In this document: positions 38,070 through 49,290 of the stretch, piece by piece
How positions within the stretch are numbered: the first letter of the stretch is position 1
Layout: each line of letters begins with the position of its first letter
From: Antedon mediterranea
Lineage: Eukaryota > Animalia > Echinodermata
Direction of reading: 5' to 3'
Length of the DNA stretch: 64,000 bases
Assembly (NCBI RefSeq): GCF_964355755.1
Contig: NC_092674.1
Coordinates: 8,308,001-8,372,000 of the forward strand
Program-made: the position numbers and the translations under genes
Notes under the pieces: generated by a model
What the model saw: only the letters and a program-made list of their open reading frames with translations
Database searches by the model: none
Told to the model about the DNA's origin: nothing

Positions 38070-38163
38070 TTACATTCTCAGATAACAGTTTAGTATTTGT
38101 TACCAAATGTAACTTATTATTGCTAATCTTTTTCGGATATTTCACATTAATAATAGTTCTTAA

Positions 38164-38902
38164 CACTTTCACCGCCAAAGACGGAAATCTCCGTCTTTCG
38201 ATGCCCAGCGCCAGACCGACAAAGACGGAAATTTCCGTCTTTGGCTTTTTATTGCACAATTTGTTAGATCAGGTATATATGGACCGCATGTAGAAATTTC
38301 AACATCCAAATCGATCTGGACCGCAAATATTTTGATACTTTATTAACCCCTAGTGCCATTGACTCAGCTGGTCTACATCGTGTCCTATCCGTAAACAACA
38401 TAAAGTGCTTACTGCCGCTGCGGACGAAGCAATTGCAGAAATATTTGCCAACTCTGACTCTGAAAATGAGTATTTATTATCCCCAGATGATGAAGGTATA
38501 TTTGTACCTAAATCTGGTTTATAAAATGTAATAAATAATAGGAGATAATTTAGCTAGCCTGGCCTAGGCTAGTTTGTAGAATAGGTTGAGAATCGTGACA
38601 CTACACTGACAGACGGTGCAGCCAGGCTAAAAACCTCATTATCTCTGCTTTGTTCTCCGATTGAGCCTAAAGTGCTAAAAGTGAGCCAAGTTCTTTGTAC
38701 AATTATGTGGTATTACAGTTTTATTTCAATAAAGTGTTAGGTACCATTGGAAAGTTTATTTCTATCTCATTATTTGAGTGTATATTGCATGTTATTCTGA
38801 TTACAAACACCTTTGCTATGAGCTTTGAAAAACAGGTAAATTTATCTAAAATGGCTGGCGGTGAGGGGTACTTCCTTTATTGAATGCCTGGCGGTGAAAG
38901 TG
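38164..38902 (+). mobile_element. piggyBac-like non-autonomous transposon inserted in the LINE
   Basis: 14-bp TIR CACTTTCACCGCCA with TTAA TSD (38160-38163 and 38903-38906). Removing it restores the LINE frame HRSHL-RTIIN. It retains an acidic transposase-like N-terminal relic, LTAAADEAIAEIFANSDSENEY. Confidence 0.85.
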
Positions 38903-41168
38903 TTAAGTGGGACCTATGACAGGTATCAATTTTTTTCATAACAACTTTGGGAGCAGACCAGCTATTGCAATTATACAATAAAATAGATACAACTACTGTA
39001 ATACATTATATAACTTGAGTTTCAAATCAGTTGCAATAATTTTCTTAAGCCACACATTATTAAAGTTGTTAAATGCTACATTTGCTAATATAATTCTATG
39101 CTTAATATCCTTAGGAAGTAGTATCTAAAAATGAACCTAAGACCTTGTGAGACCTCCATACTTCAGATTTTGGGTCCTTACTATCAATAAACACATGGTT
39201 AAACTCAGTCTTACTTTCATTAATAAATAAATTCCAATCTTTAAAAACTTTAACAGCAATTGGCAAGACATTATCAAGTTCGCTCTTGAGTTCAGAAAGA
39301 AAGTCAATATCGTCAGCATAGGAGAATTCAAGCGGGAAACATTTAATGTCAATTGGTGGATTAGGTCTGAAAGTAGTCATAGCTCTTAACTGGTACAAAG
39401 CTCCAGCAAATGTGATAGTAAAAAAAAGTCCTGATAAACAATCGCCTTGAAACGAACCTAATACAGATTCAAACGAACTGGAAAGTTTACCACCAACTTT
39501 CACTTGTAGTTTGGTATTTGACAACATAAACCTAACTAGGCGTATGTCATCGTCAGAACAACCAGCATCGCTTAGTAAACGTAACACAGTATCACGTTTA
39601 ATAGTATCAAACACAGAAGACATGTCTAAACCCATTTTGTAGAATTCCCATTTCTTTTGTTTGACTATAGATGTTAATATTCTTTGCGCCCATACAATAT
39701 CAGCACAGCTCCGACCTCTCTTATAAGCACTTTGGAAGGGTCCAGTATAATTGTTAACGTTTTCCTCAATACGTTTATAAATAATCAATGACATTACTTT
39801 GCGAATAACGTTGCTCAATGTAAGAGGCCTTAGATTTTTACATGGTCCCTTCGGTTTTTCAGGTTTTTGCAGGGGTGTAATTAAACCTTCAGTTATACTC
39901 TGCAGATGTATATTTCTTTCAAAACATTTCTTAATGATGCAAGCGTAAAGCACATAGACGTCATCACTCGCATACTTGAACAATTCTGGTGCAATCTTGT
40001 CAGGTCCACAAGCTTTATTATTTTTTAAAGAGGAAGCAGCATTAGCCACTTCACTGACCGTTATTGGGTAGTTTAACTTTCTTGGTGGACCATCAAATGC
40101 GTTTATTGGATCAATGCTGACATCAGTTAACTGTTTGCAGAACCAATCTTTCACGACTTCTGCTTTCTTTTGATTTGAATAAATCGCACTTCCGTCATTT
40201 TCTGTTACAAATATTTCATTAGTTTTCTTGTTTGTGCAGAGTAATTTTACAGAATCAAACATTTTCTTTGTTTCATTTGTAGTAGTGATTCTATCGATCA
40301 ATTGTTTTGCTTTGTTTTCTTCAATGTTTTTCAACCGTTTAGAAATTGCATTTTTTTTCTTATTAATATACGTACGCAATAAACTACGATCTTTCGAGGT
40401 ATTGCATGAGTTTAATTGACAACGTAACTCAGATCTTTCAACAGTGAGTCTTGACAACTCATTGTCTTGTACATAATTAGGTCTATCATTATTTGTCATA
40501 CCATTTGCTGTTAACAATTTACTCATTGACACATTAGGATCATTATTAATATTAATATTCATTTTACAAAGTTCACGTTTTATTTGATTACAATATCTAT
40601 CACGTGATTCCTGATTTAATAACAATGAACAATTAAGCTTGATTGTATATTTACTTTTCTTAAAAGTTAGTACACGCATATTTAGATTAAATTGAGCACA
40701 CACTATTTTGTGATCACTGATGGTTCTGGTGTCACTATATGCCCTACTATTTTTTAAAGTACTTTTAAAACGAGTTTTACAAAGTATGAAGTCAATCTGT
40801 CTATGATATGGCTTAGTTTCTTTTGTTACTCTACCAGCATCCCAGGTTTAAACATACATTAATTTGTGTGTGTTGTTACATGGCCAATTTTATGTTTGAA
40901 TGCTGTATTACAGGCAAAAAGCTTATTATTCATCATAAAATTAAAAAAAACTTGACCACTATCATTAATAACACTGTGTCCATAAGAACCAATGTGTTCA
41001 GATAAGTTGTCAAAACCAATATTGTTAGCTTTACCAAGTACAGCGTTAAAATCACCCAGCACAAACAATTCCCATTTTGCAGGTACACAACATGCTTTCT
41101 CAAGATCATTATAAAATTTATTTAGCAATCCGGGATTAGTTTTTGCCCTCACAGCAGTGGGGCTATAT

Positions 41169-42794
41169 GTGACCCGATCTCGCAAAACCCTCTCTTTGTC
41201 GGCAATTCAAAATTCACGTAATCAGTCAAAATACGTCCAATTCGACTACCCTGGCAGATTACATGTTTTTGCATTTTCGAAATATTTCACTATTTAAGAA
41301 TACGTCTACCTGATTTAAACTCCCGAAATTTATTTAAAATTATGAAAAAAGAAAGTTTTAAAAACATGTATTTTCCTCAAGCCTAACAATTTATTCACGA
41401 TCTACGCTAAAATCTTGCGTAAATTCAGTTGAAAGTTGCCGAGTTTGACGACATTTTGATCGCCAGTTCGCTGCACAATGTTGAAAGGTCACACATCAAA
41501 ATAAAGCTCATCCATTTGACATTCCAAATATGGAAGTTTTAGGGCGGAGTTTAAAGAAGGAACCAATGAAATCTTTGATTTACTATGACATAATTTCAGA
41601 AAATTCGGTTCTTCGAAGTTTCTGGAACAGCGAGTGTTGCTATGGCACATCATCGCAATAACAAACGTTATTGGTCAACGCGCTAGATGTTATACGCTCT
41701 ACGCGCGGAAATAAAAAGTTGTTTACATTTTTGTGAGGTTATTTTCATTTTACACACAGCATGTCGTAAATTGTAATAAAAACGATTTTAATATTCAAAG
41801 TAAAGTGTTCGGCGTGTTCTCCAATAGCTGTAGCCTGTATTTGTTTATTCCATAGTAAAATAGACAAGTCAAAAACAATTCACGTCATAAATTCAATTGT
41901 ATTTTCTATATTTTTTTTGGGCTAGGCCTTAATTTTATGATGTTTGTAGGCTTACTACTACTGGGCCTAGCTTTATTGTCGATAATAGTTTTCTTTATAC
42001 ATTTTATATATCCAATCGGCTCTTAATTATTTATTTAATTTATTGTCCAGTCCATTCATATTAAATGTTTTTTTTTAATCATTGGATTCAAGTCCAAACA
42101 TTACAGCGAATCTTCCACGTTATAAAAAAAATAAATGTATTAAATCGTCAATACAATGTTAGTAGCTAGCAAGTTGTGACTCTGCAAGGCGCCAAACTTG
42201 TCTAGGCTAGTTTACTACTAACGCCGGCCCAGTGTCGATGCACCGCTGCCATACACGGCAACCCATCAGCAGTAAAGTCTTACAGGCGATGACGGCGAAA
42301 ATCTGAATAGGCCTAGCTAGGCCTAGGCCTGCTTGGTTTTTCGCTGTTGATATCGTAAACACCTACGAAACCAGTTAAAATAAGCTTGACGTTATAATGC
42401 TGCTTTTCAATAGTGCAAAATAGTTAATTCGAGTGACTAAATAGGTTAAAACGGGGTCTGAAATCAGTCAAATTGACTATGATGTGCACGCTGCTATTAT
42501 TGCACACACTTCCTGGTATGACGTCATTGTGCCTTAGACCAAAATACCGCGTTGCTACGGAGTGAGTTTTCAGCGCGTATCAAAAAGAATTTCATTGCAA
42601 ACTTCAAACGCGATTTTCTCGTAAACTAATTGAATGATTTGTAAGTTTTTAAAATGTAATAACTTTTTAAATATTTACTCAATTTTTATGAAATTAACAC
42701 CACTACAAAGCTTATGATTAAAATAATCCAAATATATAAAAAAATACAAAATGAATATTTCCGACAAAAGTAGGGTTTTGCCAGATCGGGTCAC
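41169..42794. mobile_element. 1.6-kb non-autonomous DNA transposon (ATAT TSD, Sola1-like; or TA TSD) inserted in the LINE endonuclease
   Basis: 38-bp TIR gtgacccgatct(c/g)gcaaaaccct...tttgtcgg(c/a)aat, 33/38 identical, with ATAT on both sides. Removing it restores the codons V-N-A-Y-S-P-T. Confidence 0.85.
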
Positions 42795-43851
42795 ATATGC
42801 ATTAACAACTCTACACTTAATGTAACCATTATTTTTTCAGGTTGGAAAAACAATGTTAAGGTACGCAATATCATCGTTAATTACGTTCCATGTCTCAACA
42901 TATTCATTAATTCTACTACCGTACTTATAACGAAACCTACTCCTCTGTGTCAATGATTTTGTTTAAAACAAATTAATCTATTTTTTGATGGAAAAGTAAA
43001 GTCATATTGTTCACATATTTTAGTTTCTTGCAATGCTATGATATCACTTCTATACCTCTTACAATCATCATCTAAAGTGTGCTTTATATTAACAATACCA
43101 CGTACATTAAAGGTGGCAAGAGATAACATAATTACATTCACTAAGTATACTAGCCTTATGTACATATCTAGGAATATTTAAGGAACAATACTGACTATAA
43201 AATACCACACAAAAGACAAAACAGTGCGTCAAAACTAAACCAGCTCCATCATGTAGTTAAAAAACAACGTACTGTATATTCAAATGAAGCACAATTCGTG
43301 TATTCGTGTATTGTTTACAGCTGTACAGTTTGGTCAAAAAAAAATTCGCTCGTGGTTCAGAGGTCATGACTTTCAGGATGCATCCAATCACGTGGATTTA
43401 GGCTGGCAGTGACAGTCATACTCATAGTCCAGCAAGGCGGTCTGTTCCGGTGCCTGTTTTATAACTCTGATAGTGGCGCGCAGGCTAGGTTCCGTGTAAC
43501 ACTTCGCCGTAAAATTACAGAAAAATATACAAAAAACTTCAAAAAACGATAAACAAATAGCAACTTCTGATAATCATAAGCAGCATGCACATAAGTTAAA
43601 CTGTCTAGCAGTGGATTAAACACGTCGTTTTGACGGTAAAATATGCTCCACTGCTATGCGTGGTCGTTAAACTAACGCGCCATTGCATAAAAATATATTG
43701 GCCTAAACTAAATAATGAAATATTTAATGAAATTTTGTATGTTTTATAGTAAACAGTAAAGTTCAAAATGTTTTTATTTGTTCATTCCTGTTACTTGTAG
43801 GTTCAGTAGAAGTTGATGTAGTATATCGTTTGCAAGATTTTTGTGTTTAGA

Positions 43852-46800
43852 ATGCCAAAGAAAGAGAAATGTCTACCAATAGCTTGTGACATCCAGACAT
43901 GTTTGCAAGGTACTGTAATATCATAAAAAGTATCATCTTATAGAAATAATATAAAGGCAGAGCAACCTTTATGCACTCCCACTTTCTATGCACCCACCAT
44001 ATGACCCACGGGAGAGTTGCGTCATTTACAAATAATTAATGATGCAGGGGTGTGTCAAAAAACCAAGAAGGTACAGTATGTCACATCAATGCACGATGGT
44101 GTGTTAATTGTTGTATTCGATTGAGACCTTTACCGTTGAGTACAGTTTTTCCGTTAAGTAATTATTTAACAGATTATTTTGAGCGTTGAGATTGTTCTTA
44201 ACGAAAAACCTGGTGTTGTCAACGTTTTCTATTCGAATGACTTTCAGGTGAGCACAAATTTACAATTCGAATACAAAAAGTACTCAACGAATCTTTATGT
44301 TAACAACGAAAGTTCCCATTCGAATACGACAAATGTCCGTCGCTTTACCACTCAAAATAACATAAACAACATCACAGTGCGTCAAAAATTGTGCGTCATG
44401 GTCATCTAAAGGTAAGTCACATATTTGACGCATGGGTGCATACCTTTTCAGACATATATAGAAACGTTGATTGATGGACTAACATAAAAAAGACAATACA
44501 CAGACTTGTGGCAAGTCTATTATGTACAGTACACTACCACACATACACACCATGGAGTGGAGTTGTGGCTTGGTGGTTATGCTGGGCTACCACTCCAAGG
44601 GTCCTAGGTTTATGTCCTGTCACATGTCAGGATTTTTTCTAAGGACGAAATTACATCTCCACTCCCAAAGACTTTGTTTATGTAGAGCATCTTGTGTATA
44701 TGTTTGTCTTGTAAACCTATGAGGGTCCCTAATGATCAGCAATTGCTGGATGGATCACCCTCATTAAATATGGTACAAACAAAACATACCTACTAAATCA
44801 CCAAATGTTGTTTGCACCCACTATACCCATTTGTAATGACTGTATACATTTTAACGCTGATTGTATAAATTGTTAACATTTAAACTATCTTCCACAGCTA
44901 ATAAATACAAGGAATCTGCTTGCCAGCATATAATTGATGCTCTAATTAAGTGTTGTGAAGACCAAGATAAAGATTCTGTTGTCTGTTCTGGATTCAGAAA
45001 GAAAAATACAACCAAACAATGAACTGAATATAGTGGCAACCATTAGACATCTAAGGTAATTTATCATCAAATATAAACTGCTCGGAGGATAACCATAATA
45101 GAGTGCTATAACTTTCCCCATGACGCTGTATAGGCCTAGAGGTGCCAACATAGGAGTCTATTTGGGAATATAACATCAAGTCTTTTCTTGCATTCAAAAT
45201 CAACATTTTCAAATATTTCTTATTTTCTACAATTATTATTTTTTTGCTCCTAATCTATTATACGATATACACAGCTTTACGCACACACATCGAAATGCAA
45301 GCATATCATTCTATACGCAAACCCACCTTTTTAAACCAAACCAAATCATACAATGATAATACATCAACCGATTCAGTTCAAAACCAGTTTAAGGTAAATT
45401 CTAATTTATGTATTTTTATTTTTTTATTTATTTTAATTTATGTTCTGCCTACTCTACCATAACGATATTGTGTAATCAAGTCAATTTTTCACTAATTATT
45501 CTTCATATCCTTTAAAAAATAAATAGGTTATTGTCTAATTCGAGTCTTATGACAAATTAAAAACTTTTCTTAATAAATAGTCCTTTGAAAAACTTTTTTT
45601 CATTTTAATCCAATTTCTGTTTTATTATTTGTTTAGTGTGAAAATCGTTTAATCATGGAGGCTGATCCTACACTTAAACTAGAATGCCGAAGGAATGCGT
45701 TTACTATCAGAGAAAAAGAATATTTGGTTGATCTTGTTGAAGAGCATAAAGATCTTCTGGATCCAGTGATACGCTACAACGACTCGATGACTGTGTACAA
45801 AAGAAATCAAATCTGGAAAGTAATCGGGGCGCAATACAACGAGAAATTTAAAGAAAACATCCGAGATGTTGAACAATTAAAAAGAATGTGGTCTAAGATT
45901 AAGATACAAATCAAGAAATATATGAAGGTTCCCAGATCCAAAGCTAACATTTGGAATCTAGCAAGGGAAATGTTTAGGCAGTCATCTCAAAACGTTAAAG
46001 ATGAAAACATGTCAAAAAACATTGAAACGATAGTGGCTAAAATGTCTGTAAGGAAAGATTTGTTGATTCAGACTGAGGTGGACACCAGTGCCTCACGGCA
46101 CAAAAACAGTCAGTTGAATGCTTCATCAGATGATGATTTGATTATTTTAAATATTGCCGAAAACCGATCTACTGGTATGTCTGGCTTGGAGGATGTTGTT
46201 GAGGTTGTAGATGATGATAGTGAACAGGTACCAAATGGATTAGGACAAATAGAATATACCACTGACAATCATGAGAAGATTGCTCTTAACGCCATTAATG
46301 ATCAACCGACGGGCAGACCAACAGATGGTGTCCGTGTAATTCAGATTGAACCAACGCCAATTCACTTCAGCAATGATTATCAAAAAGTGGTTGAATCTGA
46401 TGGTCTTAGTACCACTCTACACCAAAACCAAGTCATTCTTAAACAGGATCAAAACCAAGTCATTCTTAAACATGATCAACACCAACACCAAGTGATTCTT
46501 AATCACGATCAAAACCAAGTCATTCTTAATCACGATCAACACCCAAACCAAGTGATTCTTAAACATGATCAACACCAAAACCAAGTGATTCTTAATCACG
46601 ATCAACACCAAAACCAAGTAATTCTTAATCAGATGATACCAAAAATTGATCATGTTACGTCATATTATCCAGAACCTTCAACTTCAAAGTCCTCAGGAAG
46701 CACTGGAGAGTACACTCTCTGGCAAAACATCAACTGTGCTGATGAAGCAGCACCTGAAGCCTCTTCATCAGGTATCAGTGTTGGCAGAGTCAGAGCTTCT

Positions 46801-47127
46801 AAACGACGTAACTACAGCTCAGAAACGAATAATTCTTTTAACAGAGGTAAAGTTTCAAGAAATCGGCACAATTTTTATAAGAATCGATCTTTAAGAAGAA
46901 ATTTAAGAAACCGCAACAGGTTAAGACAACTTGAAGATTTCTATGAAGAGGAATTTCAAGACGATGATATGTCGATGGATGATAACTTTGTAAGTGAAAG
47001 TTCGTATAGGAAACGTATGCTTGAATTAGCCGAAGAAGAGCATGCACAAAAGATGCACCTGTTGAAGTTAAAATGTGAAGTGGTTGAGTTGCAGAAACAA
47101 GAACTTGTCAGCAAGCTGCAAAGGTGA
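43852..47127 (+). CDS. Myb/SANT-like DNA-binding domain protein (MSANTD/FSBP-like) with a C-terminal coiled coil
   Basis: The 490-aa ORF 45655-47127 has RRNAFTIREKEYLVDLVEEHKDLL..RNQIWKVIGAQYN..RDVEQLKRMWSKIK (Myb_DNA-bind_5-type) and a C-terminal LELAEEEHAQKMHLLKLK. Upstream GT-AG exons 43852-43909 and 45275-45393 splice in frame to 45637, adding 65 aa (555 aa total). The extension is less certain than the main ORF. Confidence 0.85.
44559..44770 (+). mobile_element. tRNA-derived SINE with a LINE-like tail
   Basis: Head ggagttgtggcttggtggtt (A box) with a degenerate B box. The tail forms a stem-loop gagggtcc...ggatcaccctc followed by attaaata. Confidence 0.55.
46420..46633 (+). repeat. Coding tandem repeat QNQVIL(K/N)HD(QH), 7 copies
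   Basis: 27- or 33-nt units caaaaccaagt(c/g)attcttaa(a/t)ca(t/c)gat(caacac), all frame-preserving. Confidence 0.92.
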
Positions 47128-47275
47128 TAGTAGTTGCAAGCTGCAACGATAACAGGTAGTTGCAAGCTGCAACGATAACAGGTAGTTGCAAGCTGCAATG
47201 GTAACTGTAGTTGCAAGCTGCAATGGTAACAGTAGTTGCAAGCTGCAACGGTAACAGTACAGTAGTTGCAAGCGA
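47112..47275 (+). repeat. ~23-28-bp tandem repeat starting in the last codons of the Myb/SANT gene
   Basis: About six copies of gtagttgcaagctgcaa(c/t)g(a/g)taac. Confidence 0.9.
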
Positions 47276-48349
47276 TAGTGTTTGCAATTACATGGTACAT
47301 CTGACAAGTCAGTAAAGATTTTGCAGGGATTTTTGCAACAAATAAATGATTTAAGGTTTACTATATAATAAAATAGTAGGTATGCATTATTGGTTAGAAA
47401 AACAATTTAAGGGTGCATGCAAAATTTGATATGCTGTATATAGATCAGGGGGATTTGCCAACAAAATCTGTTGGTGAAAAATGCATTTTGCACGGTGCTG
47501 ATAAAACAAATTGTATTGGGGTGTGTTACAAAAAGCTATGGTTGTAAAGTTACATTTACAGTATTTTGAGATAAAGTATGTTCTACTGTATGTATAAAGG
47601 CTGAAAACAGATAGGGGTGGTTGCAAAATATTATATTACGGAAGGCTACACTTTTTAAAAAACTGAACAAATAGCCTCACTTTCCCAAGATCGAACTGCT
47701 TGGAAAAGTCTTGTAATGGCCTGCTCTGCAGCCGAAGGATAGATTTAGACACTTTTAAACAGTACTGAATACTTCTTATGTGAGCCCAAGATGACGTTAG
47801 GGTTTAATAATCATTTTGTATATTGCTTACTGCCGTAATTACATTTATTTTAACCATTTTAATTGACCTTTATATAGTTTACCTTTATACAGTAGTAATA
47901 ATAATATATTGCCAATATTCAGGATCTGTGGAAGTAGGCCAGTAAAGAATAATCTATTAAGAATGTTCTCAATTTTGTTTCTGTATGTGTTACTGTGTTC
48001 ACAGACAGTTTCTATAAAAAGTGCTTTGTCAAAGAAGAGTTTTTCTTTTAAATTGAAACGACAACTCTTATCCAGTTATGTGTAATTATCCTTTCACTTA
48101 TTGTAATTTTCAGCATTTTTGGGTACCCTGAAACTAAAAGTCTTCATTACAGTTTTTCTCCTATTTGCGGTTCCCGCGTTGTCCTGTTTTCTTTTTCAGT
48201 TTTCCTTTTACAAGCTTCGCCTTTTTGGAATTTTGCCCCTCTTATTTTAATCATATTTACTGTTAATTTTTATTTATTATGAAATTTTAAGAGAAATAAA
48301 TGTTACTTTGATTGATTTATACTTAATATAGCCGTGGAGAAATAAGTTT

Positions 48350-49290
48350 AGAAACTTGTAATGTACCAGGTGGTAATGTTTGATTAGAGTGGCATGTCTC
48401 ACACTCTTTTGATATGTCTTTTTCCATATAATTAGGCCACCATAAGGAATTCAGAGCAAATCTTTTCATCCTGACAATTTCAGGATGACCGTCATGTAGT
48501 GCTTGTAGTAACTGTTTTCTATCAGGCTGTTTTCCCCACAAAATACATCCATCTTGTATAGATCCATCTTTGTCGGATCCAATATGGTTGCAAGTTGTCT
48601 ATCTTTGGGTTAGTATTGGGGCAACCCTTTTCATTGTAGTAAAGAACTCAATAAAGTGTTGGATCTTTAACCATCCAACCTTTAATATCTGCCGTGGAAA
48701 CTGGAGATATGTTCATTGTTTCCATCAAGAGTATAGTTTCGGCAGGCTGTGGAATCGATTCTGGTTTCCCAAAAGTTGGTAATCTGCTTAAGGCATCCTT
48801 ATTCGCATGGGACTTTGTCGGTTTAAATCTCAATGCGTAATTGTATATACCGAATTTCAATGCCCAACGTTTGATTCTAACTGACACTTGGCTAGGCACA
48901 AGTTTGTCCTCAATATAAGACCCAGCAATTGCTTATGGTCTGTTACCAATGTGAAATGTCTACCATAAATGTAAGAGTGAATTCGAGTTACTCCGAAAAC
49001 ACTTGCCAAACCTTCTTTCTCAATTTACCAATACTTTTGTTCTGCTTCTGCAAGTGTTCTCATGATGGGAATCGCTCTTTCTGTACCGTCACTTTGTCGG
49101 TGTGCTAACACAGCTCCAATTCCATATTGAGATGCGTGACACAATGCTATTATTTCCTTTTTTCGATCATAATGTGCAAGTACTTTTGAGGAAAGTAGCA
49201 ATTGTTCTAATTTTGTCCAGTTCCAAGCTTTATCCCTACGAAATAAGGCATATAACGGAGCAAGCGCATTGGATAAGTTTTGTAAAATTA
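48350..49290 (-). mobile_element. Degenerate Gypsy/Ty3 LTR retrotransposon pol fragment (RT end, RNase H, integrase zinc finger)
   Basis: LAPLYALFRRDKAWNW, VLAHYD, ASQYGIGAVLAH, RTLAEAEQKY, IEKEGLA, FTLVTDHK, RIKRWAL, HANKDALSRLP, LHDGHP..WWP..CETC. Stops and frameshifts throughout, and no LTRs seen. Confidence 0.9.

Larger units (their letters stand above)
37130..43165 (-). mobile_element. RTE/RTE-X-like LINE (APE endonuclease + reverse transcriptase), near full length, interrupted by three insertions
   Basis: APE motifs ATFNVRG, IIALQETK, AYSPT, LGDFNA, QIDFIL and SDH. RT ORF 40703-39111 has QSAYKRGRS, QGDCLSGLFF and YADD. The C-terminus is MLGHILRM...NRNKW (37481-37248). AATAAA near 37135. 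Several stops and frameshifts. Confidence 0.9.

Noticed and set aside
43340-43510. HDV-like ribozyme expected at the 5' end of RTE-type LINEs
   Set aside because: A TCCACGT loop-like motif is present on the minus strand, but I could not build P1/P2/P3 pairings by eye. A covariance or descriptor search is needed.
46417-47307. Antisense and alternative-frame ORFs over the Myb/SANT gene
   Set aside because: They are shadows of the coding repeat and the 3' UTR repeat.
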